From the NCBI RefSeq assembly GCF_019209835.1, contig NZ_JAHUTS010000003.1, positions 299,380 to 323,379 of the forward strand: 24,000 nt of DNA. The letters are read 5' to 3'. This document shows positions 13,642-22,282 of the stretch, piece by piece. How positions within the stretch are numbered: the stretch's first letter is position 1; every line of letters starts with the position of its first letter. The notes under the pieces are model-generated. The model saw only the letters and a list, made by a program, of their open reading frames with translations, did not search any database and was not told the DNA's origin. The DNA comes from Enterovibrio paralichthyis (GTDB lineage Bacteria; Pseudomonadota; Gammaproteobacteria; Enterobacterales; Vibrionaceae). The position numbers were made by a program, and so were the translations under genes.

Positions 13642-13729
13642 GGGTTTCTGGACAATTTGGTCAGGAATTGGATCCACCTCTTAGCTGACGTTTTTAAGTT
13701 GATGGATACTATTCAAGCTACTGAAATCA

Positions 13730-14002
13730 TTGGAAATGTGTATGGAAAAACAAAAAAAATTACTGGCGCTTATAGAACAAGAATATGAAGAGTTTTGCGC
13801 TATTCCTATCGGCGAATATCGTAAAGTGGCGGATAAGAAAAGCTTTATCAATGGACTGATGACAGCGGCTCGGGTTATCGGTGTGAGCTACGAATCGCTC
13901 AGCGAAATTGTCGATGCCCCGCCCAAAATCACGCCTACTCATCTTGATGAACAGTTCTTGGTTCCGACCTATATCCGCAACCGGGTAGATATTGAATTGT
14001 GA
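13730..14002 (+). CDS. Hypothetical protein (about 86-90 aa)
   Basis: ORF track. The likely start is ATG 13730 or 13742. A possible promoter TTGATG-17-TGAAAT lies upstream, and a strong terminator follows. No family recognised. Confidence 0.45.
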   Translation: MEMCMEKQKKLLALIEQEYEEFCAIPIGEYRKVADKKSFINGLMTAARVIGVSYESLSEIVDAPPKITPTHLDEQFLVPTYIRNRVDIEL

Positions 14003-14023
14003 AAATACACGCCGAAAGCACAA

Positions 14024-14048
14024 AGGCCTGTTGTCAGAACAGGCCTTG
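14024..14048. terminator. Bidirectional stem-loop terminator between convergent genes
   Basis: Perfect 10-bp stem aaggcctgtt / aacaggcctt with a 5-nt loop. T-rich on the plus side (gtttatgtt). Confidence 0.7.
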
Positions 14049-14062
14049 TTTATGTTAGGAAT

Positions 14063-14353
14063 TTAGCCAATCACCGTCATTTCATGAAGTGTAAAGCTTT
14101 CTACGGCGCCTTCAGTCGCTGCAAGGTAGTCGGCCAGATGCTGGTTCCCCATGTGTTGTTGCCATAATTCCCGGCTTTGCCAGTTTTCATAGAACAGGAA
14201 GTGGGCGGGATTTTCGTTGTTCTGATGCAGATCGTAATCAATACACCCTTCTTCCGCACGAGTGGTATCAATCAGCTTCATCAACTCTGATTTCACCAGC
14301 TCAATACTGTCTTGTTTTGCAAAAATATTGGCAACAATTGTCAATCTACTCAT
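14063..14353 (-). CDS. Antibiotic-biosynthesis-monooxygenase (ABM) domain protein, YgiN-like quinol monooxygenase
   Basis: 96 aa. The blocks IVANIFAKQD...EEGCIDYDLHQ...FLFYENWQS...L..H are typical of ABM-fold proteins. It lies 39 nt downstream of the oxidoreductase gene. Confidence 0.75.
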   Translation of the reverse strand: MSRLTIVANIFAKQDSIELVKSELMKLIDTTRAEEGCIDYDLHQNNENPAHFLFYENWQSRELWQQHMGNQHLADYLAATEGAVESFTLHEMTVIG

Positions 14354-14392
14354 CGCGTAATCCCTATTTTTAATCCTTGATTTTTCTTAAAG

Positions 14393-15424
14393 TTAGAAGC
14401 CTTCTAGAACGATTTTCCCGATTGCCGTGCCGGACTCGAGTTCTTCATGTGCTTTTCGCAAGTTTGCAGCGTTGATAGTACCAAGATGCTTACCCGCCGT
14501 GGTCTGGATTTGGCCAAGATCTACCAATTGCGCCACATGGTTCAGCAGGTCACTTTGTTTTTGCATATCTTTCGCTTCAAACATAGAACGGGCAAACATG
14601 AACTCAAGGTGCAGTGTCAGGCTTTTGCTTTTCAGCTGCATGACGTTGATGTGTGCCGGGTCATCAATCATGGCGATGTGTCCAAACGGTGCCAGTAACT
14701 CAGCGTAAGTATCAAAATAGCTTTCTGTCGCATTAAGGCTTGCTATGTGGGTCACCTGACCAATGCCAAGGGCTTCAATTTGCGGTTGAAGGGCTTCCCT
14801 GTGATTGACAACATAATCCGCGCCGAGTTTTTTCACCCAGGCCTTGGAGTCTTCACGCGAGGCTGTGCCGATGATGGTGGCACCGGTTAGTTGCTTTGCG
14901 AGCTGAACGAGAATGGAACCCACTCCACCTGCGGCTCCCACGACCAACAGCACATCCTCTGACTTCTTATCGTCTGATGGTGTCAGCTGTTCTAGGCGCA
15001 GATGATCAAACAAGAGTTCATAGGCCGTGATGGAGGTCAGTGGCAGTGCGGCTGCTTCTGAATCGGACAGGCTTTTCGGTTTGTACCCAACGATGCGTTC
15101 ATCCACTAATTGGTATTCGGCATTGCTGCCCTGACGGCCCAGATCGCCGGCGTAATAAACCTTGTCGCCAACCGTGAAGTTTTTCACGCCTTCACCAACT
15201 GCGACCACCTCTCCAACGGCATCCCAGCCAATCACTTTATAGCTGTCGTTTTCCGGTGCCACATTCTGGCGGATTTTGTAATCCACCGGGTTAACAGCGA
15301 TGGCGCTGACTTTCACCAAAAGGTCAAGGCCAGCCGCAATCGGCATAGGCAGTTCAATATCTACCAAGGATTCTGCATCGGTAATTGGCAGGCTTTTGCT
15401 GTATCCAATCGCTTTCATTTTCAT
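14393..15424 (-). CDS. Zinc-type alcohol dehydrogenase/quinone oxidoreductase family (MDR) protein
   Basis: MKMKAIGY...LVKVSAIAVNPVDYKIR...VVGAAGGVGSILVQLAK (Rossmann GxGxxG-type motif). The start is at 15424, or at 15418 given gggaga directly upstream. The 440-aa ORF-track version adds an implausible N-terminal extension into the divergent promoter. Confidence 0.85.
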   Translation of the reverse strand: MKMKAIGYSKSLPITDAESLVDIELPMPIAAGLDLLVKVSAIAVNPVDYKIRQNVAPENDSYKVIGWDAVGEVVAVGEGVKNFTVGDKVYYAGDLGRQGSNAEYQLVDERIVGYKPKSLSDSEAAALPLTSITAYELLFDHLRLEQLTPSDDKKSEDVLLVVGAAGGVGSILVQLAKQLTGATIIGTASREDSKAWVKKLGADYVVNHREALQPQIEALGIGQVTHIASLNATESYFDTYAELLAPFGHIAMIDDPAHINVMQLKSKSLTLHLEFMFARSMFEAKDMQKQSDLLNHVAQLVDLGQIQTTAGKHLGTINAANLRKAHEELESGTAIGKIVLEGF

Positions 15425-15539
15425 TCTCCCGCAAGGTTTTTGTTTTGATGAAGAGAGAATAGGCACTGGCAGCTTGAGGATAAACGGCGTAATCTTGGAA
15501 TTATTGTCAAAATATAATTGATAATCAGGGCGGGGTAGC

Positions 15540-16469
15540 ATGCAAATTAACGACTTACGTGTTGTGTTGAAAGTGGCAGAGTTCCGCAGTATCACTGCAG
15601 CAGCGACACACTTGGACATGCAAACCGCAACAGCAAGTGCAGCGGTGAAAAGGGTAGAGCAGGCGTTGGGGCTTGAGCTGTTTGTGCGCACAACGCGCAG
15701 CCTGCGCCTTTCCAATGCGGGGGAGCGCTATCTTCCCCAGTGCGAGCAGGCGTTGCAGTTGCTTGACCAAGCCAACCGGATAGTCAAGGACGAACTCGAT
15801 ATCATTGATGGTGAGTTGCGGCTGGCGGTTTCATCGGATTTGGGGCGCAATGTGGTGTTGCCCTGGCTGGACGAATTTATGGACGCCCATCCTGCGGTGA
15901 GCCTGAGAGCGAATGTGAGCGACAGCAACGTCGATTTTTACCGCGATGCCATTGATATTGCGCTGCGGTATGGCTCGCCCGGTGATGCCAACGTTTACGG
16001 ATTTAAAATTTGCGATGTGCCGCGCCTGCTCTGCGCGTCCCCTGAATACCTAGAAAAGCACGGTGAACCAACACACCCGCAGGAAGTCGCCCGGCACAAT
16101 GCTTTGCTGTTCCAGCTTAGTGATATGTTGCATGACGTGTGGGATTTCGATGATGGAACCAACAAACTAAAAGTGCGGGTGCGCGGAAACCGGGCGTCGA
16201 ACGATGCGGACTTGGTGCGTCGTTGGTGTGTGGCAGGAAAAGGCGTGGCTGCGAAATCGGCGTTGGATATGGCGGCAGACTTGCTGTCTGGACGTATTGT
16301 GAGTTTGTTAAGTGACTATCCGCCCATCATGACAGAGCTTTGGTTGGTGTTTCCAAGCCGCCAGTCCATCACACCTGCCGCAAGGCTGTTGCGCGAGTTT
16401 CTGAAACAGAAATGCGAAGCCTTGCTGGATGAACTGACACAGGCCGGGTTTATTCCACCGAGTCGCTAG
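15540..16469 (+). CDS. LysR-family transcriptional regulator
   Basis: N-terminal wHTH (LRVVLKVAEFRSITAAATHLDMQTATASAAVKRVEQALGLELFVRTTRSLRLSNAGE) plus a LysR substrate-binding domain. Divergent from the oxidoreductase/ABM pair. Its TAG stop lies inside the terminal CTAG of the repeat element. Confidence 0.9.
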   Translation: MQINDLRVVLKVAEFRSITAAATHLDMQTATASAAVKRVEQALGLELFVRTTRSLRLSNAGERYLPQCEQALQLLDQANRIVKDELDIIDGELRLAVSSDLGRNVVLPWLDEFMDAHPAVSLRANVSDSNVDFYRDAIDIALRYGSPGDANVYGFKICDVPRLLCASPEYLEKHGEPTHPQEVARHNALLFQLSDMLHDVWDFDDGTNKLKVRVRGNRASNDADLVRRWCVAGKGVAAKSALDMAADLLSGRIVSLLSDYPPIMTELWLVFPSRQSITPAARLLREFLKQKCEALLDELTQAGFIPPSR

Positions 16470-16735
16470 GGTCTGTTGACCTTTGGTGGTTAAATTTTGT
16501 TCTAGCCATAAGCGTTTTAGGCGCGGCGAGGTGTGTGCCGCCTAGTTATTCTAAGCAAATACACCTCAACAAAGCATAAAACGCTTAGGGCAGAACCCTT
16601 CGGGCAGCGTTTGTGGGGAATTTCTGCTGTGTTATCGGCTTCTCATGTAGGCTAGCTACACATCGAAGCCTCTGCCTTGCATAAAATCCCCACAAACTGC
16701 TGCAAAAATCATCATCAAAGGTCAACAGACCCTAG
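16466..16735. mobile_element. 270-bp MITE-like structured repeat, copy 2
   Basis: Collinear with 4506..4775 in the same orientation. It fills the entire gap between two convergent genes, and its terminal CTAG tetranucleotides supply both stop codons. Confidence 0.8.
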
Positions 16736-17226
16736 AGGCAGGGATACTCATACAAGGCGGCGTCAAAGCCTTCTACTTCGCGCCGTTCGATGAAGTAGAA
16801 ACCAAACGATTCGTAGAAATTGCGGAGCCTTGGCCGATCTCCGTGACAATCACACCTTAGCCAGTGCCGACCCTGTTGTTTCGTCAATTCCACCATGGCT
16901 TGGAGTACCCGGTGGCCAATGCCGCGGGTAATAAAGGCATCACCAATCACCAGTTTGTGGAAAAAGAGGCTGTCGTTGTCGGTGATTTTCGGCCAGAAAA
17001 GCGGGTCGCTTTCCAGAATAAAAACGCCACCAATGGTTTGGCCGTTTTCCTTCACGAGATAGAGCGAATCGTGACCATAACTGGCTAGAAGCACCTCCGT
17101 GGTCACTTCGTCCCTTGCCCAAAGCGGAATGCCAGCGGTTTCAAGCCGGACGATGGCTTGGATGAGGAAGTTTTCGATGAGCGCCCAGTCTTCGGGCTTA
17201 GCGGCTTTTTCCAGCGAGATTGACAT
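16732..17226 (-). CDS. GNAT-family N-acetyltransferase
   Basis: Acetyl-CoA-binding-type block HKLVIGDAFITRGIGHRVLQAMVE and C-terminal NFYESFGF. The start is set at MSISLEK (17226). The ORF track start is 17271. Confidence 0.8.
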   Translation of the reverse strand: MSISLEKAAKPEDWALIENFLIQAIVRLETAGIPLWARDEVTTEVLLASYGHDSLYLVKENGQTIGGVFILESDPLFWPKITDNDSLFFHKLVIGDAFITRGIGHRVLQAMVELTKQQGRHWLRCDCHGDRPRLRNFYESFGFYFIERREVEGFDAALYEYPCL

Positions 17227-17308
17227 GATTACCCTGCATATAGGCATGCCAGCGCCCTTCGGATCCGGCATGCGCGGTGTTTACATCTCGCAGTTTGTCG
17301 CAAAAGCC

Positions 17309-17506
17309 TTAAGCATCTGAAAGCTGATTATGGGGTTTTGACAGACTGCGGTTCTTGTTAAGTTCAATTTTATAAGCGGCCAGCAAGGTGGCGAGATCTG
17401 CAACTTGGACGGTGCATTGCCCCTGATTGTCCATCGACGCGGTGGCATCATCATTCAGGCGTTTGAGCGTCTCGCGCATTGCTTTTGTGTCTGTTGTGAT
17501 TGGCAT
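17309..17506 (-). CDS. Hypothetical small protein (65 aa)
   Basis: ORF track only. An AT-rich promoter-like region lies upstream. No family recognised. Confidence 0.35.
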   Translation of the reverse strand: MPITTDTKAMRETLKRLNDDATASMDNQGQCTVQVADLATLLAAYKIELNKNRSLSKPHNQLSDA

Positions 17507-17675
17507 GATTATCTATTTATTACTTTATTATTAGGCTATTAAAACAGAAAGCGATACCTCAGAACAACCTCGCGAAGTAAGTTGGTTTTGCCTGATAGAG
17601 TGTAGTGATAGTTAGCGTTGCTGACCAAATTATCAGTCTGTGAATTGTGAAATCTGGACATGATTCCTATGGGGC

Positions 17676-17706
17676 GAAAGAAAAGCCCGATCTGAATGTC
17701 GGGCTT
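17676..17706 (-). terminator. Rho-independent terminator after blc
   Basis: Stem aagcccga / tcgggctt (17683-17690 / 17699-17706). The minus strand reads hairpin + ttttctttcg. Confidence 0.65.
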
Positions 17707-17713
17707 TGGGTGT

Positions 17714-18229
17714 TTACTGCTGTTGGGGAAAAATCAGCTCGCTGGTATCAAAGCCTTTTTCCTTGGCCACTTGGCTGAATCGCTCCACCAGTTCTTGTGA
17801 CACCGTGGGCGTTCGGGCAAGTAACCAGAGGTAGTCCTTGTTGTAGCCGGAGACGAAAGCGTAGTCATAGTTCTCGCCCAACTCGAAAACAACATAAGAG
17901 GAATAAAACGGCCCGAAAAACGACACCTTCAGGTGTGCCGTCTCTTTGCCATCCACAAAGTAAGCGCGGCCAATGGCTTCGCTCCATTCATTTTCCTCAG
18001 CATTAAAGCCACGGTTAATGACCTTGATACCGCCATCTTCCCGGAGTTCATATTCTGCGCTGACTTGCGAAAGGCCGCGTTCGAATGAGTGGTCAAGCCG
18101 GGCGATTTCATACCATTTCCCCAGATATCGCTGTTCATCAAAACCAGTGACTGGCGTGACGCCTTCGGGAACAGACTGACAGGCAGTCAGTAGGAAAAGT
18201 GAAAAGAGAAACAGGATTTTTTTACTCAT
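17714..18229 (-). CDS. blc: Bacterial lipocalin, outer-membrane lipoprotein Blc
   Basis: Lipobox LLTAC and the lipocalin signature RYLGKWYEIARLDHSFERG. 171 aa. Confidence 0.9.
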   Translation of the reverse strand: MSKKILFLFSLFLLTACQSVPEGVTPVTGFDEQRYLGKWYEIARLDHSFERGLSQVSAEYELREDGGIKVINRGFNAEENEWSEAIGRAYFVDGKETAHLKVSFFGPFYSSYVVFELGENYDYAFVSGYNKDYLWLLARTPTVSQELVERFSQVAKEKGFDTSELIFPQQQ

Positions 18230-18287
18230 AGCGCAATCAATCTTCTTGTTGTGTTTCTGGAGGTTACGTTATCAACCTGCGTTTGGG

Positions 18288-18917
18288 TCACAGGCCTTTC
18301 AGTGTGTTGGCAATGCCGTCAGCAAGGGCGGCATGAGCTGCTTCATCCATATGAAGACCATCAATGGGTGATGCTTCACATACTGTCGCCGCTTCAAAAA
18401 AGACGCAGCCTTCTTCCTTGGCAACTTGACGGTAGACTTCTGCAAGCTCGATGGATTTTTGTCTGCCAACCGTAAATCCAGCTGCCCAGTTGTTACCATC
18501 GTGCATTGGTGGTGGAGAAACAACCAGAATGCGCGGTGTTGGTTCGCCAGCATTGTCAGCCTCTTTTACCTGGCCAATCAGGGTGCGCAGACCTTCTCCT
18601 ATCCATGCGACAGATGCGGGATACAGAGATTTCAAATCGTTGGTGCCAAGCATGATCACCACCCAGTCCAGCGGACGGTGTGTCAGTAAAACCATAGGTA
18701 ATGCAGTACTGCCATTTCGGTGCGGCTTGGTAGGGTCATCCCAGACCGTCGTGCGTCCGTTCAGCCCTTCTTCTGCCAGATACCAGGGTGTGGTGGATTC
18801 GTGATTGAGAAGTGTGTTTAAGCGAGATGTCCAGCGAACGCCTTCCGGCCACCGAGTTGCATTGGAAGGGTTGTAACCCCAGGTATTTGAATCGCCAAAA
18901 CAAAGAATTCTCGGCAT
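18288..18917 (-). CDS. SGNH/GDSL-family hydrolase (esterase/lipase-like)
   Basis: Block I ILCFGDSNTWG, then LGTNDL, then a C-terminal DGLHMD (catalytic D..H-type block). Confidence 0.85.
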   Translation of the reverse strand: MPRILCFGDSNTWGYNPSNATRWPEGVRWTSRLNTLLNHESTTPWYLAEEGLNGRTTVWDDPTKPHRNGSTALPMVLLTHRPLDWVVIMLGTNDLKSLYPASVAWIGEGLRTLIGQVKEADNAGEPTPRILVVSPPPMHDGNNWAAGFTVGRQKSIELAEVYRQVAKEEGCVFFEAATVCEASPIDGLHMDEAAHAALADGIANTLKGL

Positions 18918-18962
18918 AAAGCAGTCCCTTTCTTGAACGTGTATTGGGTAGTTAGGTATAGC

Positions 18963-19184
18963 CTACCCACTGTTTGAATCTGTGTCGTCACCCATGGGCA
19001 TTTCACGATCCAACTTTGTCGCCGCGATACCATTCTTTTCCTCTGTTTGACGCAAATACCACTTAACCGGACGGTTCTGAATCATTTCCAACCCGCTGAC
19101 CAAGCCACACTGGCTGTTATTAGTGCCTGTTTTGCAGACATTTACCCATGGCATCTGTGCTTGTGCTTCTTGTTGTGCCAACAA
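18963..19184 (-). CDS. Hypothetical protein (73 aa); coding status uncertain
   Basis: ORF track only. Divergent from fhs and occupies the fhs upstream region. No SD or family recognised. Confidence 0.25.
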   Translation of the reverse strand: MLAQQEAQAQMPWVNVCKTGTNNSQCGLVSGLEMIQNRPVKWYLRQTEEKNGIAATKLDREMPMGDDTDSNSG

Positions 19185-19208
19185 ACGGTATAAAATGTGG
19201 GAAAGTCT

Positions 19209-20933
19209 ATGAAGACACAGAATAACGTAGTACTGGCGGATAACACGATGACAGCTTTACCTCCTCCGGGTTCACCCGATATTGAAATCGCGCGCGCCGT
19301 AAAACCCTGGCCGATTTTTGAAGTGGCACAACGCAAACTGGGTGTCGCACACCATGCGTTGATCCCATACGGCCACTACAAAGCCAAACTCGATTTGGCA
19401 CAAATCCCACAACGCAAAGCAGGCAAGCTGGTGTTGGTCACCGCAATCACGCCTACGCCGGCCGGTGAAGGTAAAACCACCACCAGTATCGGCCTGACTG
19501 ACGCTTTGAATGCGATTGGTGTCAGCGCCAGTGTCTGTTTGCGTGAACCGTCCCTTGGGCCATGTTTTGGCGTGAAAGGCGGTGCTGCGGGCGGTGGCCG
19601 TTCGCAAGCGATCCCGATGGAAGACCTCAACCTGCATTTCAATGGGGATTTCCATGCCATTACGTCTGCCCACAACTTGCTGGCTGCGTTAATTGATAAC
19701 CATATTCACTGGGGCAATGAGCTGAACCTCGACCCACGCCGCATCAGCTGGCGCAGAGTGATGGACATGAACGACCGCGCATTGCGCCACACTTTGGTGG
19801 GCTTGGGTGGCCCTGCACATGGTCAGCCACGGGAAACCGGGTTCGACATTACCGTCGCCTCTGAAATCATGGCGATCTTGTGTCTGGCGGAAGATCGCAA
19901 AGATCTGGAGCGCCGTCTCGGCAACATCATTATTGGCCGCGACCGCGACAACAAAACCGTGACAGCCGCTGACCTGGGTGCACAAGGCGCAATGACGGTA
20001 TTGCTGAAAGATGCCATCCAGCCAAACCTTATTCAGACGCTGGAACATAACCCGGCGCTGATCCACGGTGGCCCTTTCGCGAACATCGCCCACGGTTGTA
20101 ACTCCGTCATGGCAACACGCACAGCGCTTGGTCTGACCGATGTGGTCGTGACCGAAGCAGGCTTTGGTGCAGATTTGGGTGCGGAGAAATTTATCGATAT
20201 CAAATGCCGCATCTCTGGCTTGCGTCCGGATGCAGCCGTTCTGGTGTGTACTGTACGTGCGCTGAAAATGCAGGGCGGTGTGGCAAAAGACCACCTTGAT
20301 GAGCCGAATGTTGATGCTGTCATACGCGGTGCGGCAAACCTGTCACGTCATATCGAGAACATGCAGAAGTTTGGTTTAACGCCGCTGGTCGCTATCAACC
20401 GCTTCCCAACAGACGATGTGAAAGAGCTGACGGCTATCCGCGAAGTTTGTATGTCTCATGGTGCGCGCGTGGAAGAAGCCCAACACTGGGCTGAAGGTGG
20501 CGCGGGTGCGAAAGCCGTGGCAGAAGGCGTGAAAGCCATGCTGGAAGGTGAAAAGCCAGAGGTAAACTTCCTCTACGAAGACGACATGCCGATTGATGAC
20601 AAAATCCGCGCAGTTGCCACTTCGCTCTACGGTGCGAAAGACGTGCAGTTCAACATTGCCGCACAAAAGCAGTTGGATGAAATCCATCAACTGGGTTTTG
20701 GGCACCTGCCAGTCTGCATTGCCAAAACGCCTTACAGCTTTACCTCTGAACCCACTGAACTTGGCGCGCCAAGCGGCCATATCCTGCCTGTACGCGAACT
20801 GCGTTTAATGGCGGGTGCGGGCTTTGTGGTTGCTATGTGTGGTGATGTGATGACCATGCCGGGCTTACCGAAGAAACCTGCAGCACTCAGCATCTCGCTG
20901 GATGAAAACGGAGAGATTGTCGGGTTGTTTTGA
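19209..20933 (+). CDS. fhs: Formate-tetrahydrofolate ligase
   Basis: PDIEIA...[23 protein letters not shown]...[19 protein letters not shown]...[16 protein letters not shown] matches the FTHFS signature regions. The start is ambiguous: GTG 19197, ATG 19209 or ATG 19248. The last gives an N-terminus closest to remembered Fhs proteins. Confidence 0.92.
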   Translation: MKTQNNVVLADNTMTALPPPGSPDIEIARAVKPWPIFEVAQRKLGVAHHALIPYGHYKAKLDLAQIPQRKAGKLVLVTAITPTPAGEGKTTTSIGLTDALNAIGVSASVCLREPSLGPCFGVKGGAAGGGRSQAIPMEDLNLHFNGDFHAITSAHNLLAALIDNHIHWGNELNLDPRRISWRRVMDMNDRALRHTLVGLGGPAHGQPRETGFDITVASEIMAILCLAEDRKDLERRLGNIIIGRDRDNKTVTAADLGAQGAMTVLLKDAIQPNLIQTLEHNPALIHGGPFANIAHGCNSVMATRTALGLTDVVVTEAGFGADLGAEKFIDIKCRISGLRPDAAVLVCTVRALKMQGGVAKDHLDEPNVDAVIRGAANLSRHIENMQKFGLTPLVAINRFPTDDVKELTAIREVCMSHGARVEEAQHWAEGGAGAKAVAEGVKAMLEGEKPEVNFLYEDDMPIDDKIRAVATSLYGAKDVQFNIAAQKQLDEIHQLGFGHLPVCIAKTPYSFTSEPTELGAPSGHILPVRELRLMAGAGFVVAMCGDVMTMPGLPKKPAALSISLDENGEIVGLF

Positions 20934-20963
20934 TTGGGTTTACACTTAATCCCATCTAGAAAG

Positions 20964-20999
20964 CAGGAAGGGCAGTGAAGTCTGCTTCTTCCTGTTTTT
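20964..20999 (+). terminator. Rho-independent terminator after fhs
   Basis: Imperfect long hairpin caggaag(g)gcag - tgaagt - ctgc(tt)cttcctg followed by ttttt. Confidence 0.7.
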
Positions 21000-21024
21000 G
21001 CATTCAAGGTAACCAAGGACGCTC

Positions 21025-21507
21025 ATGAAATTTAAGGACTATGCCGAAGCAGAAGAACCCGCACTGGAAGTTTTCAAACTCTGCCTGGACGCGGTTTTTG
21101 ATCCGGATGACGGCACAACCGAACACCTTGAACGTTTAAGCCCAGAAGCGAGGTTTGTTTACCTGCTATGGTGCTTCGATGGCGAGGTTCACAACGGTGG
21201 TTTTGATCAGTTGTTCTTCAATTCCCTTGGCGACCATTGTGCGGAGATACTCTCGAATCTCCGGGCCATCGGCGCAAGCCGATCTGCTGAATTGTTGGCT
21301 CAGGCCATGATATGGTTTCCAGACGCCAGTCCTTCTCCGATTCGGGCAGAACGCTGGAAGCAATTGTCGCCTTTTGAGGATGATGAACACTACCATGCCT
21401 CGCTCGATGCGCTCGACAATGCCTTTTACAAGTACGAAGACAACCTTGTAGAACTCCTCCATCACTATGTTCGTCAGCATCCCGAAGCAAAAGTGATGTC
21501 GATATAA
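21025..21507 (+). CDS. DMP19/DUF4375-like protein
   Basis: The motif LLWCFDGEVHNGGFDQLFFNSLG matches my memory of the DUF4375 (DNA-mimic DMP19 C-terminal) family signature. 160 aa. Confidence 0.6.
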   Translation: MKFKDYAEAEEPALEVFKLCLDAVFDPDDGTTEHLERLSPEARFVYLLWCFDGEVHNGGFDQLFFNSLGDHCAEILSNLRAIGASRSAELLAQAMIWFPDASPSPIRAERWKQLSPFEDDEHYHASLDALDNAFYKYEDNLVELLHHYVRQHPEAKVMSI

Positions 21508-21522
21508 GGTCAATGATAATTC

Positions 21523-21981
21523 ATGACATTACACCTTCGCCCCGCAACAGAATCAGACATCGACTTCCTGCTGGCGCTTCGAGACAAAACCATGAGGCAG
21601 TACCTGCAAGAAGCAGGGATGGCAACTAGCCGAGAGGAATACGAAAAGCGTGTACGATTCGAATTCTCAAGCGCACAAATCGTCGAGTTTGAAGGCACAC
21701 CTATGGGGCTGTTCAAGGCCAGATACGATGCGAAGCAAAACTGTTGGCACATCATTCAGATCCAAATTGCCCCCAACTACCAGGGCTTACGCATTGGAAG
21801 CCGTCTTATTGGCGACGTGATCTCAAAAGCGCGGGAGACGGGAGCCACAGTAAAATTAAGTGTTATCAGGACAAATCCGGCTAAACGTCTCTATCAAAGG
21901 TTGGGGTTCGAAGTTGTCGGAAACAGGGGAGCGGAGCTGCTAATGGCACATTGTCATGATGAACAACACGAACTTGTGTAG
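21523..21981 (+). CDS. GNAT-family N-acetyltransferase
   Basis: IQIAPNYQGLRIGSRLIGDVISKAR...NPAKRLYQRLGF is a typical GNAT motif A/B region. The start is 15 nt after the preceding stop. Confidence 0.8.
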   Translation: MTLHLRPATESDIDFLLALRDKTMRQYLQEAGMATSREEYEKRVRFEFSSAQIVEFEGTPMGLFKARYDAKQNCWHIIQIQIAPNYQGLRIGSRLIGDVISKARETGATVKLSVIRTNPAKRLYQRLGFEVVGNRGAELLMAHCHDEQHELV

Positions 21982-22282
21982 AAACCACACTTCTAGTGCT
22001 GCCATTTTGTAACCAATCGTAACCTCAACACATGCACTGCATTGGGTATCGGCTGAAGTTTTCTTCATGGAAGTGGCGTTGGTGTTGAGTCTTCACTCGA
22101 GTGGTTAGTAACGCTTATCGCCAGTGTTGATGCGGTGTCATGCGAATATTGACTAGACGACATGGATTCAGCCGCCATATACTGCGCTTCCTGTTTTTAC
22201 ATTAGGAATAATTCGTGGACCCCAACTCTAGTCTGTTGTGTCATCTTGTATTGGTTTCAAACTACCAAGGGAGGACACAACT

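Noticed and set aside
15425-15715. The ORF track extends the oxidoreductase to 440 aa (start 15715). Similarly, the DUF417 gene is extended to 234 aa (start 12283).
   Set aside because: The extensions are Cys/Arg/Ser-rich non-protein-like sequence. They overlap the LysR gene and divergent promoter, and the glutaredoxin gene, respectively. Internal ATGs with SD sequences (gggaga, aggag) give products of the family-typical length.
16732-17506. The small ORF 17309-17506 followed by the GNAT 16732-17226 was considered as a GNAT-toxin/antitoxin (TacAT/AtaRT-like) pair.
   Set aside because: The small protein shows no RHH/DUF1778-like N-terminus. The genes are separated by about 80 nt rather than overlapping. 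The GNAT looks like an ordinary acetyltransferase. The evidence is insufficient.
18918-19208. Looked for a ZTP (pfl-motif) riboswitch or a PurR box upstream of fhs.
   Set aside because: I could not find the conserved ZTP cores (GGGUCGUGACUGGCG ... CCGCCUGGGC). Only a half-match to the PurR box (ACGCAAA at about 19050) is present, without the second half-site.
19272-20780. Minus-strand ORFs inside fhs: 19689-20294 (201 aa), 20376-20780, 19272-19673 and others.
   Set aside because: They are antisense to an unambiguous formate-tetrahydrofolate ligase gene. Their composition is typical of shadow frames.
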